A program made the position numbers and the translations under genes. 64,000 nt of DNA from Octopus vulgaris (Eukaryota), in the NCBI GenBank assembly GCA_951406725.2, contig OX597818.1:85932001-85996000 (forward strand), given 5' to 3'. Positions 1-10,742 of the stretch are shown in pieces (within the stretch, counting starts at the first letter, position 1; every line of letters starts with the position of its first letter). The notes under the pieces are model-generated. The model was not told the origin of the DNA, searched no databases, and saw nothing but the letters and a program-made list of their open reading frames with translations.

Positions 1-105
1 AATTTCCGCCTTCTCATCAGGAAAAACAAGGAACTTATGCAGCCTTCGAAACATATGCCGAGAATAAAGGAATTTTGTTAAATCGTCGTTCAACTCCATT
101 CTTTC

Positions 106-108
<3 letters not shown>
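1..108. mobile_element. Penelope-like pseudo-LTR fragment with two oppositely oriented half-hammerheads (runs off window)
   Basis: Minus strand reads CTGATGA-GAAGGC (20..8). Plus strand reads GCCTTC-GAAACATATG (42-57) followed by AATAAA (63-68). Abuts (TA)n at about 109-150. Confidence 0.45.
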
Positions 109-150
<42 letters not shown>

Positions 151-152
<2 letters not shown>

Positions 153-400
153 AAGAATCTTACTTAGAAATGGATGCGTGCGTTCCGTCATATAATTTCA
201 TCTACTTCACGTTCCGAAGGTCATCGAAACGTGGAGTAGATGAATTTAAGGCGACTGAAGAAGGGGATTTTTCCTTGTTTTGTATGTCCTGTACTCTAAT
301 TTTTCGTTGTTTTAAAAAAATGTCCATTTCCTTGGTTTTGTGTTTATGTTTTCGTTTCTCATTGTGTTCAACGTTTTTTTTTTGGTGTCCTGTACCCATA
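151..400. mobile_element. (TA)n-flanked island with hairpin, probable Penelope-like pLTR remnant
   Basis: Arms TTCATCTACTTCACGTT (197-213) and AACGTGGAGTAGATGAA (228-244) pair with one G.U. Right arm is preceded by GA, giving GAAACGT. CTGAAGAAG lies just downstream. Confidence 0.35.
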
Positions 401-486
401 TATGCATGTATATATACATGTAGAGGTAGGTACGTACATATATGTACGTATATATGCATATGTTTTATTAATTTATTATATATATG

Positions 487-524
<38 letters not shown>

Positions 525-609
525 TACACACATACACACATACATCCGCATACATATTTCCTATATACATGTAGAGACGACATCATTCATGAATTGCTTC
601 TAATTTTGG

Positions 610-745
610 CCAAAGGATAACAGTTTCGAAGGAAGAAGGTTAATCGATATCACCAACACCCAAAAGTAGATCAGCGTTTCATTTTATCGACCTCAGAGGA
701 ATGAAAACGCAAAGTTGACCTTGGTGGAATGTAAACTCGGAACGC
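610..745 (-). mobile_element. SINE family B fragment (degenerate)
   Basis: TTTTATCGACC...GGAATGAAA...CAAAGTTGACCTTGGTGGAAT matches the reverse complement of the intact copy at 12133-12347. Confidence 0.6.
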
Positions 746-1081
746 TCCCCCTACCCCTACCTCCACCCCACCGAAAGTAAATAAAACAAAAGAAAAACAC
801 ACACAAGTACACATATAGCATATTCTTTCTTTTCTCTCCTTGATTCGGGTGGCTGGCTTAAGTTGCTACCCGACAGAAATATTCTGTGCATGATGTGTGC
901 GTATGTGTGTGTATAAGTATGTATGTATGTATGTAACGCTAACGGAACCTATTTGATCCGTAAGCAGCAGCTTGCTCGCACTTAATGACACTTTAGTCAC
1001 GTGACTAATTAATTATTATTATTATTATTATTATTATTATTTTTTTCTCTGAGGAGTCAAAGAGAAATGTAAAGGACAAAC

Positions 1082-1180
1082 CCGTCTGTTGCATGCTTCA
1101 ACAAGTCATAAAGTCTATTTTTGATATATCGAGCCCAGTCGCAGTTCCGACAAGTTAGATCTCGAGATAAACCAGATATG
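1082..1180 (-). CDS. Candidate 99-nt internal exon of an unknown protein: (S)ISGLSRDLTCRNCDWARYIKNRLYDLLKHATD(G)
   Basis: Acceptor TTATTTGTAG, donor GTTTGT, length a multiple of 3, only one frame open, non-repetitive sequence. No homology recognised. Confidence 0.3.
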
Positions 1181-1194
1181 CTACAAATAATACT

Positions 1195-1280
1195 AGTGGT
1201 GGTGATGGGGGTGGTGGTGGTAATGATGGTGGTGGCGTTGATGGGGGTGGTGCTGATAGGGATGTTGGTGTTGGTGGCGA

Positions 1281-1315
<35 letters not shown>

Positions 1316-1400
1316 ATGGCGGGGGTGATGGTAGTGGTGGTAATGATGGTGGTGGTGTTGATGGGGGTGGTGCTGATAGGGATGTTGGTGTTGGTGGCGA

Positions 1401-1441
<41 letters not shown>

Positions 1442-2810
1442 ATGGCGGGGGTGATGGTAGTGGTGGTAATGATGGTGGTGGTGTTGATGGGGGTGGTGCT
1501 GATAGGGATGTTGGTGGTGGTGGTGGCGATAGTAGTAGTGGTGGTGGTGATGGTGGTGTTAATGGGGGTAGTGCTGATTGGGATGTTGGTGGTGGTGGTG
1601 GCGATAGTAGTAGTGGTGGTGGTGATGGTAATGGTGGTGGTGGTGGTGATAGTGCATGATGATGATGGTAGCGGTGTTGGTGGTGCTGCTGATAGTAGTG
1701 GGTTGGTGGTGGCGATAGTGGTGAGTGATGATGGTGGTGGTGGTGGTGGTGGTGGTGGAGGAAGTGATGGTGGTGGGTGTGAAGATGGTGGTAGCGGTGG
1801 CGGTGATGATAGTGGTGGTGGTGGTGGTTGTGGTGGTAGTGGTGTTGGTGGTGTTGGCAGAGGTGGTGTTGGTGGTACTGGTAATATGGTATGTGGGGGG
1901 TGATATTTATTTATTTGTGTGCTCCTTTCCACCATCACCTCCTCACCACCACTACCGCCACAGCCACCACCACCACCACCACCACTACTACCACCCCCAG
2001 TCTCTTCCCACCACCCAATCCTCACATTCTCAACACATGACATTCTTAAAAAAAGGGGAAAATCACTCGTTTTTGTTGTTCCTATTGTTGGTGGTAAAAA
2101 AAAAACGTGGTAGCGGTGGTGGTGGTGGTGGGGGGAGAGCAGTTTAGATGGTAGCAGTGATGGCGAAACAGAAGGTACGGTTGCTTGTGGTACTACAGTA
2201 GTAGTGTTGCTATGACGCTGGAGAGATGGAGGTTTGTGGTAGTGGTAGTGGTGGTGGTGGTGGTGGTGGGAGCAGATTTGGTGGCAGGACTGGTAGTGAT
2301 AGAGAAGGTAGGTTTGATAACTGCAGTTATAGTGGTAGTGATATGATGACGGTGAGGTGGCGGTGGTGGTGGAACGTGGTGGTGGCGGCGCTGGCGGTGA
2401 TATTAGTGGTGATGGCACTGACGGTAACACTGGTGGAGGTGGGGTGGTGGTGGTGGTGGTGGTGGGTGGCGCAGGGGTGACGATGTTTTAGTGGTGATAG
2501 TGGTGGTGTTGGTAGTCCTGCGGTGGATGTCTTAGCGATTCTGATATTTTAAGGAATAGTGAAAGTGATGGTGGTGGTGGTGGTGGTGGTGGTGGTGATG
2601 GTGGTGGTGGTGGTGATGATGATGCTAGCAGTAGGAGTATTGTTGATGGTGAAACTGGCAGTTTTAGCAGTGGTGGTGGTGACGTGTTGGCTATATGTCA
2701 CAATGTTGATGGCGATGGGAGTGGAGTGGTTTGTACTGTTCATAAAGATAGTAGTAGTAGCAGCAGCAGTAGTAGTATATTAACTGAAGTGGTGGAGATG
2801 GTAGTAATAC
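1195..2810. repeat. GGT/GAT/AGT triplet low-complexity tract with an internal ~120-bp minisatellite (about 1200-1650)
   Basis: Unit TGATGGGGGTGGTGCTGATAGGGATGTTGGTG...(TAG)n recurs 3-4 times. This tract produces the poly-V/T/G/P ORFs. Confidence 0.9.
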
Positions 2811-2913
2811 TAATTGCGCAAGGTGAAGTGGGGGTGTGTGATAGTTCTAGTATTATTTTAATATTATTTAATACGACACGAAAACAGCAGTGTTACACAA
2901 TTGAGAGCATATA

Positions 2914-3031
<118 letters not shown>

Positions 3032-3055
3032 ATGCACTCATATATATATATAAAT

Positions 3056-3216
3056 ATACGACGGGCTTCTTTCAGTTTCCATCTATCAAATCCATCCACA
3101 AGGATTTGGTCGGTCCGAGGCTATATTAGAACACACTTGCCAAGGTGCCAGGCAGTGGAACTGAACCTGGAACCATGTAATTGGGAAGTAAGCTTCACAC
3201 CACACAGCCGCACCTG

Positions 3217-3271
<55 letters not shown>

Positions 3272-3445
3272 TATTTTAGTCACTGGATTACGATTGTGCT
3301 GGGGCAAAGCCTTAAAGGTTTTTAGTCGAACGAATCGATCACAGTACTTATTTTAAAGTCTGGTATTTATTGTATCGGCCTTTTTTGCCGAACCGCTAAG
3401 TTACGGGCACATAAAGAAAGTAATACCGGTTGTCAAGTGATAGGG
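3056..3445 (-). mobile_element. SINE family A fragments (5' half 3056-3218, 3' part about 3275-3445)
   Basis: Matches the full copy at 6548-6935 (ACGGGCTTCTTTCAGTTTCC, CACTTGCCAAGGTGCC, GCCGAACCGCTAAGTTACGG). Confidence 0.8.
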
Positions 3446-3451
3446 AACATA

Positions 3452-4150
3452 CGAGTATAGGCTGAAAAGTTCATAGGCTGACAAAGATACTCTCTTGGAA
3501 TGTTACCAAATGAAATCTATTGCGGTTCACATACTTCTTCCATCGGTGTTACAGTGCTTGGATCCCATTGGTGAAGTATCTTTCATCCTGTAGCTAAAAA
3601 AAGTCATCAACAACAAATATGATGTCATCATCACTGCGATACTAGTTCCCAGCCAAGTGTTGTTTCATGCTGGGGAACAAATGATGAATCCAAAAGGAGA
3701 ATAGGAAGGGTGAAACGACCTTGGCTTTCTTTGGAGCAGGTGAGGAGGCGTGTTTCCATTGTATGGATTACCTCTTTATCTCTGACTCAAAGTGATGAAA
3801 CCAAACTCATTCCTAGTCAGGAAACGGTGAAAGAAATCAGCTGGACCCGCCTTTAACAATGTCAGACTTTCCCATGATGTGTGATTAGCCTGGTGCGCTT
3901 TTGATCAAGTATCAGACGTAGCACTCACCGATCAAAAGCCTTCGTCATGTCAAGTTCATTGAGCAGAATATTCTCAACTCTCTCACAGGATATAAATCAA
4001 ATAGCATTGGCTATTTGATTTATAGCCAATTACCTGTCATATATCACCTTGTAGTGAACACAATCAATATTTTCTTTGGTGTTGGCATTTGTAAGACGTC
4101 GGGACCTTGGGTCATCTTCATGACTCTCCTTTCCCCTCCAAAATTCAGTA
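3452..4150 (-). mobile_element. Mariner-type DNA transposon relic (3' end and degenerate transposase)
   Basis: Terminus TA-CGAGTATAGGCTGAAAAGTTCATAGGCTGA is shared with the copy at 29933, and internal sequence is collinear with that copy. Confidence 0.7.
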
Positions 4151-4228
4151 ATTGTCCTGCGATAATATATTTTATGGACGTGCCGTGTTAAAAGTGCAAT
4201 AAAAACGAGGAGAAAAGAATTCGTCCAG

Positions 4229-4327
4229 TTAGAGGTCAGCGAGAATTGTTTTAATTGTGTATACCGGACGACTATTCGCAACAGTAGTAAATGTTTCGTT
4301 CATTTGATCCTGGCTGGGAGTAGGCAC
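4229..4327 (-). CDS. Candidate terminal exon: VPTPSQDQMNETFTTVANSRPVYTIKTILADL*
   Basis: Acceptor CGGCCTTTTAG followed by 33 codons to TAA in unique sequence. An alternative frame (GAYSQPGSNERNIYYCCE*) is also open, so the frame is ambiguous. Confidence 0.2.
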   Translation of the reverse strand: MPTPSQDQMNETFTTVANSRPVYTIKTILADL

Positions 4328-4649
4328 CTAAAAGGCCGAAATGCATCTGGTCTTACATGGCAACTTTGTTAAGATAAGGAGAGACATGATAGATTCAGAG
4401 GAATTATTGTTGATATTATAATATTATAATAAGTACCAGTTGAGCACGGGAAAACGATGTAATCATGTAATCGGCTTATTCTCTGCCCCGAACTTGCTGG
4501 CCCTGTAACAAAATTTGAAACCATTAGTTCGGAACGTCATCAAATTCCTTATTACAAGATGTTTATATAGTATTGGACTGGATGTAACGAACATTTCTGA
4601 GCTCTTATTGTAAGCATAGTACTTCGCTGTGGGCCTCATCGATACGTTG

Positions 4650-4985
4650 GTGACGATGAAGCTGATGATGATGATAATGATGATGATAACCCTCCTCCTT
4701 CTCCATCTCATCATCGTCGCCGTCGTCGTCATCATCATCATGATCATCATCAACATCTTTATCACCAAACTCCTTCTCATTGTTCTTATCGTCATCGTCT
4801 TTCTTCTCCTCTTCCTCTTCCTCATCATCATCGTCATTATTGTCATCATAATCTTCTTCCTCCTCCTCTCCCTCATCATCATCATCACCATCAACATAGT
4901 CATCATCATCAACATCATCTTCATCATTATCTCTATTATTATCATCATCATCATCACCCTCCTCCTCCTCCTCCTCAACATCGTT
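4650..4985. repeat. (CAT/CCT/GAT)n triplet low-complexity tract
   Basis: Directly visible. Source of the poly-I, poly-M and poly-R ORFs. Confidence 0.9.
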
Positions 4986-5524
4986 TTCTTCCCGTGTTTT
5001 TCAACCAAAGTCAACTGAAACTTATTCCGATAACAAATCCAACCACAGACAACACCATCGATTCTCTCTCTACAAATAGTATTAGATTCGTACTTCCTGT
5101 CACTGATAAACAAAAACAAAACAACGAAACAAGACAAAAAAAAAATTAAAAAAACGTAACGATTGGTTAGTTAAGTCGATAAAATATCGAACTCGGGAAT
5201 CAGGACTAGACAATCACGTACCAGATTGTCTTACACTGATATAACAGATTAATCGAACATGTTTTGAACAAATATTTACACATATTGATCACATATCGAG
5301 GCTGTCATTTATAATACTGGAACCGAACATAGGTGTTTTTTCTTTTACGGTAATGGGAGTCAGTATGCTACATAGGGGCCAAAAATGAATTGATTGTGCT
5401 TCATGAGGGACTTCACTGAATGAATAACTGGTGTTAATACTGGTACCAATAGTTTCATGTCACCTCTCAATTATTCTAATAATTATTCACCCACTAACAG
5501 AGAGATTAACTGTCACGTGGCAGC

Positions 5525-5880
5525 CTTTTTTGTTATATGTATGTTGCTGAGACCCCCTTCGGTCATGACTGACCATGGGATTGCACCTAGAAAGTTACCC
5601 TCCCAGGCACAAGTCCGAGCAAGGTTATTTATGGAAGACTAGTAGTCACCCATGCATACCGGCCTCTTCTCCTCACGCCACCAATGTTATCCAAGGAAAA
5701 GGCAAAGGCTGATACAGCTTAGCACCTGTGACGTCGCAACTCATTTCTACAGCTGAGTGAACAGGAGCAACGTGAAATAAAGTGACTTGCTCAAGAACAA
5801 AACACGCAGCCCGGTTCAAGAGTCGAACTCACAATCTCGCGATCGTAAGTTCGATGCTCTAACCACTAAGCCATGCGCCT
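5525..5880 (-). mobile_element. SINE family C (tRNA head plus CORE-like domain)
   Basis: Minus strand head GGCGCATGGCTTAGTGGTTAGAGC...GTTCGACTC (pol III A and B boxes), then GTTCTTGAGCAAGTCACTTTATTTCAC resembling the CORE motif. Confidence 0.8.
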
Positions 5881-5883
5881 TCA

Positions 5884-5945
5884 TATATGTTTGTATATAT
5901 GTATGTATGAATGTATGTATCTATGTATGCGTGCATGTATGTACG

Positions 5946-5979
<34 letters not shown>

Positions 5980-6546
5980 TGTATGCATGCGTGCATGCAT
6001 ATGTATGTATTTACGCATGCATGCATGTATGCGTCCACATATGTATACATGAATGTATATATGTATTATGTATGCATGCATGTTTGTATGTTTGCATGCA
6101 TGTATGTATTGATATATGTATACATGTATTATGTATCCATGCACATTTGTATGTATGCATGTATGTATATGTATGTATGCGTATATATATGTCTGTATGC
6201 GTGCGTGTACATATGCATGAATGTATGCATGCATGTATGTTTGCATTTATATGTATACATGTATGTGTGTATATATGCATATATGTAAGCTTGCATGCAT
6301 GTATATATATATGTAAGCTTGCATGTATGTATATATATGCATATGTGTATGCATGTATGCATGTAGGTATATATATGCATGTATTATGCAATGATATATG
6401 TATACATGTGTTATGTATGCATGCATGTATGTAAATATGCATGCATATATAAATATATATGTATGCTTGCAAGTATGTATGCATGTATGTATGCATGTAT
6501 GTATGCATGTATGTATGTATGCATGTATGCATGTATGCATGCATAT
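5884..6546. repeat. (TATG/CATG)n degenerate microsatellite
   Basis: Directly visible. Confidence 0.95.
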
Positions 6547-6547
6547 T

Positions 6548-6935
6548 ACTCTTTTACTCTTTTACTTGTTTCAGTCATTTGACTGTGGCCATGCTGGAGC
6601 ACTGCCTTTAATCGAGCAACTCGACCCCGGGACTTATTCTTTTGTAAGCCCAGTACTTATTCTATCGGTCGCTTTTGCCGAACCGCTAAGTTACGGGGAC
6701 ATAAACACACCAGCATCGGTTGTCAAGCGATGTTGGGGGACAAACACAGACACAAACATATACATATATACGACGGGCTTCTTTCAGTTTCCGTCTATCA
6801 AATCCACTCACAAGGCTTTGGTCGGCCCGAGGCTATAGTAGAAGACACTTGCCCAAGGTGCCACGCAATGGGACTGAACCCGGAACCATGTGGTTGGTAA
6901 ACAAGCTACTTACCACACAGCTACTCCTGCGCCTG
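6548..6935 (-). mobile_element. SINE family A, full length (~390 bp, tRNA-like head, CORE-like GGCACCTTGGGCAAGTG, internal TA/GT microsatellite, GTAAAAGA tail)
   Basis: Minus strand GGCGCAGGAGTAGCTGTGTGGTAAG...CCGGGTTCAGTCCC. More than 15 partial copies occur in the window. Confidence 0.9.
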
Positions 6936-7096
6936 TATATATGTATATATATTTATGCATGCATGTATGCATGCATATATGTATTTATATATGCATGCAT
7001 GTATTTATGCATGGATATATATATATGATTGTATGTATGCATGTATGTATATATATATATGCATATGTATATATATATATGCATATATATGCATAT

Positions 7097-7648
7097 GTCA
7101 GGTCACGTTTGAGTGCTACTGGTAACATGTAACCCAGTACAACCTGTTGCATGGTCTGGTCGTCGGCGACTAAACCGGACCCCCACCAAGCTTGCTTGGT
7201 GAGGAGGGTGTTTATTGGACACCCTGCGGGATGAAAAGCAAAACCCGTCAAAGGGCAGAGGAACTCTTGAGAGTCAACGGCCATCCAATAAATGTCTTAA
7301 GGCTGTATCATGCGTGGGCGCATAGAAATAATCGGACTGAAAACCTGATCGCGCGGTAAACCATTGGGAGTGAAGGACTCCTAGCCTTTGTTAGGGCATC
7401 CTTCTAGGAGAAGGAAACTCAAGTAACTGGGATAACTCCGACATAAAACCTGCGGGTCAGTGGTTACCGATGATGTTGACTTGTTCTTCTTTTCGGATTA
7501 TGGCTGCTGTTGCTTAGTGATTGAGATTGACTCAGTGCACAGCCTTTCCTCACTTTAAAAAAAATCTTCTTTCACAGGCATTGCATGATAATAACATTGA
7601 TTAAGCTTCGTGCAATGACCATACTCGATAACGAGGGGGCAGCCACCA
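7097..7648 (+). mobile_element. Non-autonomous retroelement resembling an RTE-clade 5' UTR, flanked by microsatellites
   Basis: Motif TTAGGGCATCCTTCTAGGAGAAGGAAACTC resembles RTE 5' UTRs (from recall). No ORF. Ends in a (TATG)n tail. Confidence 0.4.
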
Positions 7649-7849
7649 TGTATGTATGTATGTATGTATGTATGTATGTATGTATGTATGTATGCATGCA
7701 TTTATATATGCATGTATGTATGTATGTACGTATGCGTGCATTTATATATGCATGTATGTATGCAAGTATATATATGTATGTATTCATGTATGTATGTATG
7801 TACGTGTGCATATGTCGTAATTGTCGTCTAAATTACCGAAAAAGAAAAA

Positions 7850-9167
7850 TAATACTGACATCTCATTTTAACAGATATATTTACCAAAATTGCATTAAAA
7901 TATCTTGAAATACTAAATAGTAAATTTATTTTTAAAAATCGGCCTCCATATGGCTTCGGAATATCCTGCAACTCTCCTGGACGCTCTCCTTGTTTAAGTT
8001 GGTGAATGCTGCCATAATCCTTGCCTTCTGTTCATCTTTGGTATTTCAACTGCGCCCTTCACGCATAGTAATCAGGGGTTTGCAGCCTGGGGAGTTAAGT
8101 GGCCTGATATTAGGGGTGATGTAGTGTCAGAGATTATCTGACTTGGTTCTCCTGCTCGTGTGGCATGGTGCAGAGTCTTGTTACCAGATATAGGGTCTTC
8201 CAACAGCCACCCTTTTCATTCACCAGGATAGCACTACCTTTACCAGGCACTTGATGTAGGCCTCCGCGTTGAGTGTGAGGCCATGTTGGAAGATGAATGG
8301 GGGCATAACGTTACCATCACTAGTGATCACTCCAAACAACATGATGTTGACTGGATGTTTGATTTTTATCACTCTCGGTGGGGATACGGCAAGCCAACGA
8401 TTGTTCTGTATGTTCACCATCTGATCCCGGTAGAAATTTTTCTTGTCTGAGAAAACCAAAGCATGTTCGGTTGGAGGGGATGCTTGAATATATATATATA
8501 TATATAATGGTTTTTAATATAATAAGAGTAATATACTAATATAATATTCCAATTAGTAATATAGTAATTGTTTGCATATGTGAATTACAGGGATATGTCG
8601 TATGTGGAGTCTCTTTTGTAGAAAATAGAAATAAACAGTCTTTGACTGCTATTTCTAATTTTTTCGATATGTGGCTAAGCAACCTGTTGCCTGCCTCTTT
8701 TATTTATATACAATATATATTCAAAAGCTTCGTAGTGCAGTCTTTCCTCTTGTCCTTGATGGCTTGGGATAAAAATTGGCACTATCTACCTGATAAGAAA
8801 CTCAAACAATCCCATGTCAAGGTGATGGATCTAATTGACTTGGAGGGATTGTTGTCAATCACAGCTTGGATCTCACCAACAAATTCAGGAGTTCTTTTCT
8901 TATCAGAACGATCAGAGTGAGTTTTCCGACTTGCCGTACCTTGTAATCATCAACAGACTCATCTAATTCTTTCCGAATCCTCTGCACTGTCTTCAGATTG
9001 ACACCCAAACACTCTGAAATGTTCGTATTGAAGCCCCCAGCGCGAATGCCAAGCAGTACGTGTCGTTTCCTGGCAGAGTGAATTGCGTCATGGCGCTGTT
9101 TTTCTCACAGACGGTGCTCAACTGACCCTACTACACTATGTAGTCGACAAAATCAAAAACAAACAAT

Positions 9168-9172
<5 letters not shown>
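7850..9172 (-). mobile_element. maT/DD37D-type Tc1-mariner transposon relic, interrupted at about 8490-8750
   Basis: ORF 8220-8459 reads VFSDKKNF...NNRWLA...KHPVNIMLFGVITSDG..MPPFIF. N-terminal RSDKKRTPEFVGEIQAVID lies near 8860-8920. Homologous to 42642-43325. Confidence 0.85.
8505..8720. mobile_element. (TA)n-embedded island, same family as 29150-29430
   Basis: Shares the AGAAATA-ACAG..GACT.CTATTTCT hairpin and TGTGG.TAAGCAAC.TGTTGC with 29320-29400. Confidence 0.45.
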
Positions 9173-9233
<61 letters not shown>

Positions 9234-9234
9234 T

Positions 9235-9616
9235 AAAAATAAGAAAACAATAAATTAATAATATTTATTAATTACAAAAATAGACATAATCTCTGACAGC
9301 TGTTTCGATTCAGACTTTAAAAATTAATTAAGGTTATTAAAATAATTAAATCATTATAAAATTGGATCTCGTCGGAGGTAGATAAAAGATATACCATTAT
9401 ATTTTTATATTTTTATATGTTAACACTTAACACATAAAAATATAAAAATGTAATGGTATATCTTTTTTCTACCTCCAACGAGATTCAACTTTATAATAAT
9501 TTAAGTATTTTAATTAATTTTTAAAGCCTGAAACGAAACAGATGTCAGCGGTTATGTCTATGTTTGTAATTAATAAATATAATTAGTAATTGATTTATCT
9601 TTATTTTCTTATTTTT
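9235..9616. mobile_element. Inverted pair of Penelope-like pLTR arms, each with a degenerate hammerhead
   Basis: Arms about 9235-9420 and 9432-9616. Minus: CCGACGA (9375-9369)..GAT/ATC..GAAACAGCTGTC (9306-9295). Plus: CCAACGA (9475-81)..GAAACAGATGTC (9535-46). AATAAA lies downstream in both arms. Follows (TA)n. Confidence 0.6.
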
Positions 9617-9769
9617 CTTAAATAAATATAAACCTCGGATTAATGACCTATTTTTGAATATTAAATCTAAAATTCAAAATAAATAATAGTTAAGAAAACA
9701 GTAAATTCATTGGATATTATTATCCCTCAGTGAGGCTTATTTAACCTCTAATTGAACATTCATATACAT

Positions 9770-10003
9770 ATATATAAGGAAAATAGGACAAGGTAGAAAA
9801 TGCTAAAATAATTTTATCATAAAAAGCATTTTAGCACCGGTTTCAGTCTTTGCGACTTTTTCAACTTGAAAAACAATTAAATTGCGGAAGAATTAGATGT
9901 GATGTTTTGTAAAATATTTCCATAGTCTTCAAATACAACAGAAATTTTCCTTTTTTCTATCTCAGAACTGCTACTACCTACCTGCCGAGCATTCACAAAA
10001 GTA

Positions 10004-10066
<63 letters not shown>

Positions 10067-10280
10067 CAGAGAACGAGAGAGAGAGAGAGAGGGAAAATGT
10101 CCCATGTATTAGAAAACTATGGAAATATTTTAAAAAACATTTCATTTAATTTTTCCTCAATTTAATTTTTTTTTCATGCTTGAAAAAGTCGCAAAAACTG
10201 AAACCGGTACGAAAATGTTCTTCATGATAAAAATCTTTTTAGCGTTATCTACCTTGTTCTATTTTCCTTATACATATCTC
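9770..10280. mobile_element. Inverted-repeat element (~180-bp arms, (GA)n in spacer) with hammerhead-like vestige
   Basis: Arms about 9770-9950 and 10092-10280. Each has TTGAAAA-AGTC-GCAAA-(G/A)ACT-GAAACCGGT (9864-9836 minus; 10180-10208 plus). Confidence 0.55.
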
Positions 10281-10302
10281 GTGTGTTACTTTTCAACCTT
10301 CT

Positions 10303-10455
<153 letters not shown>

Positions 10456-10472
10456 GTGTGTGTGTGTGTGTG

Positions 10473-10553
10473 TGGAGGCGCAATGGCCCTGTAGTTAGGG
10501 CAGCGGACTCGCGGTCATAGGATCGCGGTATCGATTCCCAGACCGGGCGTTGT
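10473..10553 (+). mobile_element. SINE family D head (tRNA-like), 3' truncated
   Basis: GGAGGCGCAATGGCC...GTTAGGGCAGCGGACTCGCGG...TCGATTCCCAGACCGGGCG, same as the head of 17780-18090. Confidence 0.75.
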
Positions 10554-10624
10554 GACACACACATACACACACATATATATATATATGTGTGTGTGTGTGT
10601 ATGTATGTATATGTATATCTATAT

Positions 10625-10742
10625 ATACGACGGGCTCTTTTCAGTTTCCGTCTACAAAATCCACTCACAAGGTTTGGTTAACCTGAGGCTATAGTAGAAG
10701 ACACTTTCCCAAGGTGCCATGCAGTGGGACTGAACCCGGAAT
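10625..10742 (-). mobile_element. SINE family A fragment
   Basis: Match to 6770-6885. Confidence 0.8.

Noticed and set aside
1057-2430. 457-aa Thr/Pro-rich ORF as a mucin-like gene
   Set aside because: It is built from ACC/ACT/ATC triplet repeats that stay open in several frames on both strands and has no ATG start or signal peptide. Only the unique 1082-1180 segment is kept as a weak candidate.
5632-5643. TGGAAGACTAGT matching the 5' end of miR-7
   Set aside because: Only 12 nt match, it lies inside a SINE, and there is no precursor hairpin.
10473-10553. tRNA gene (also 5800-5880 and 54220-54295)
   Set aside because: A and B boxes are present but the acceptor stem is not intact, and the sequences match SINE heads.
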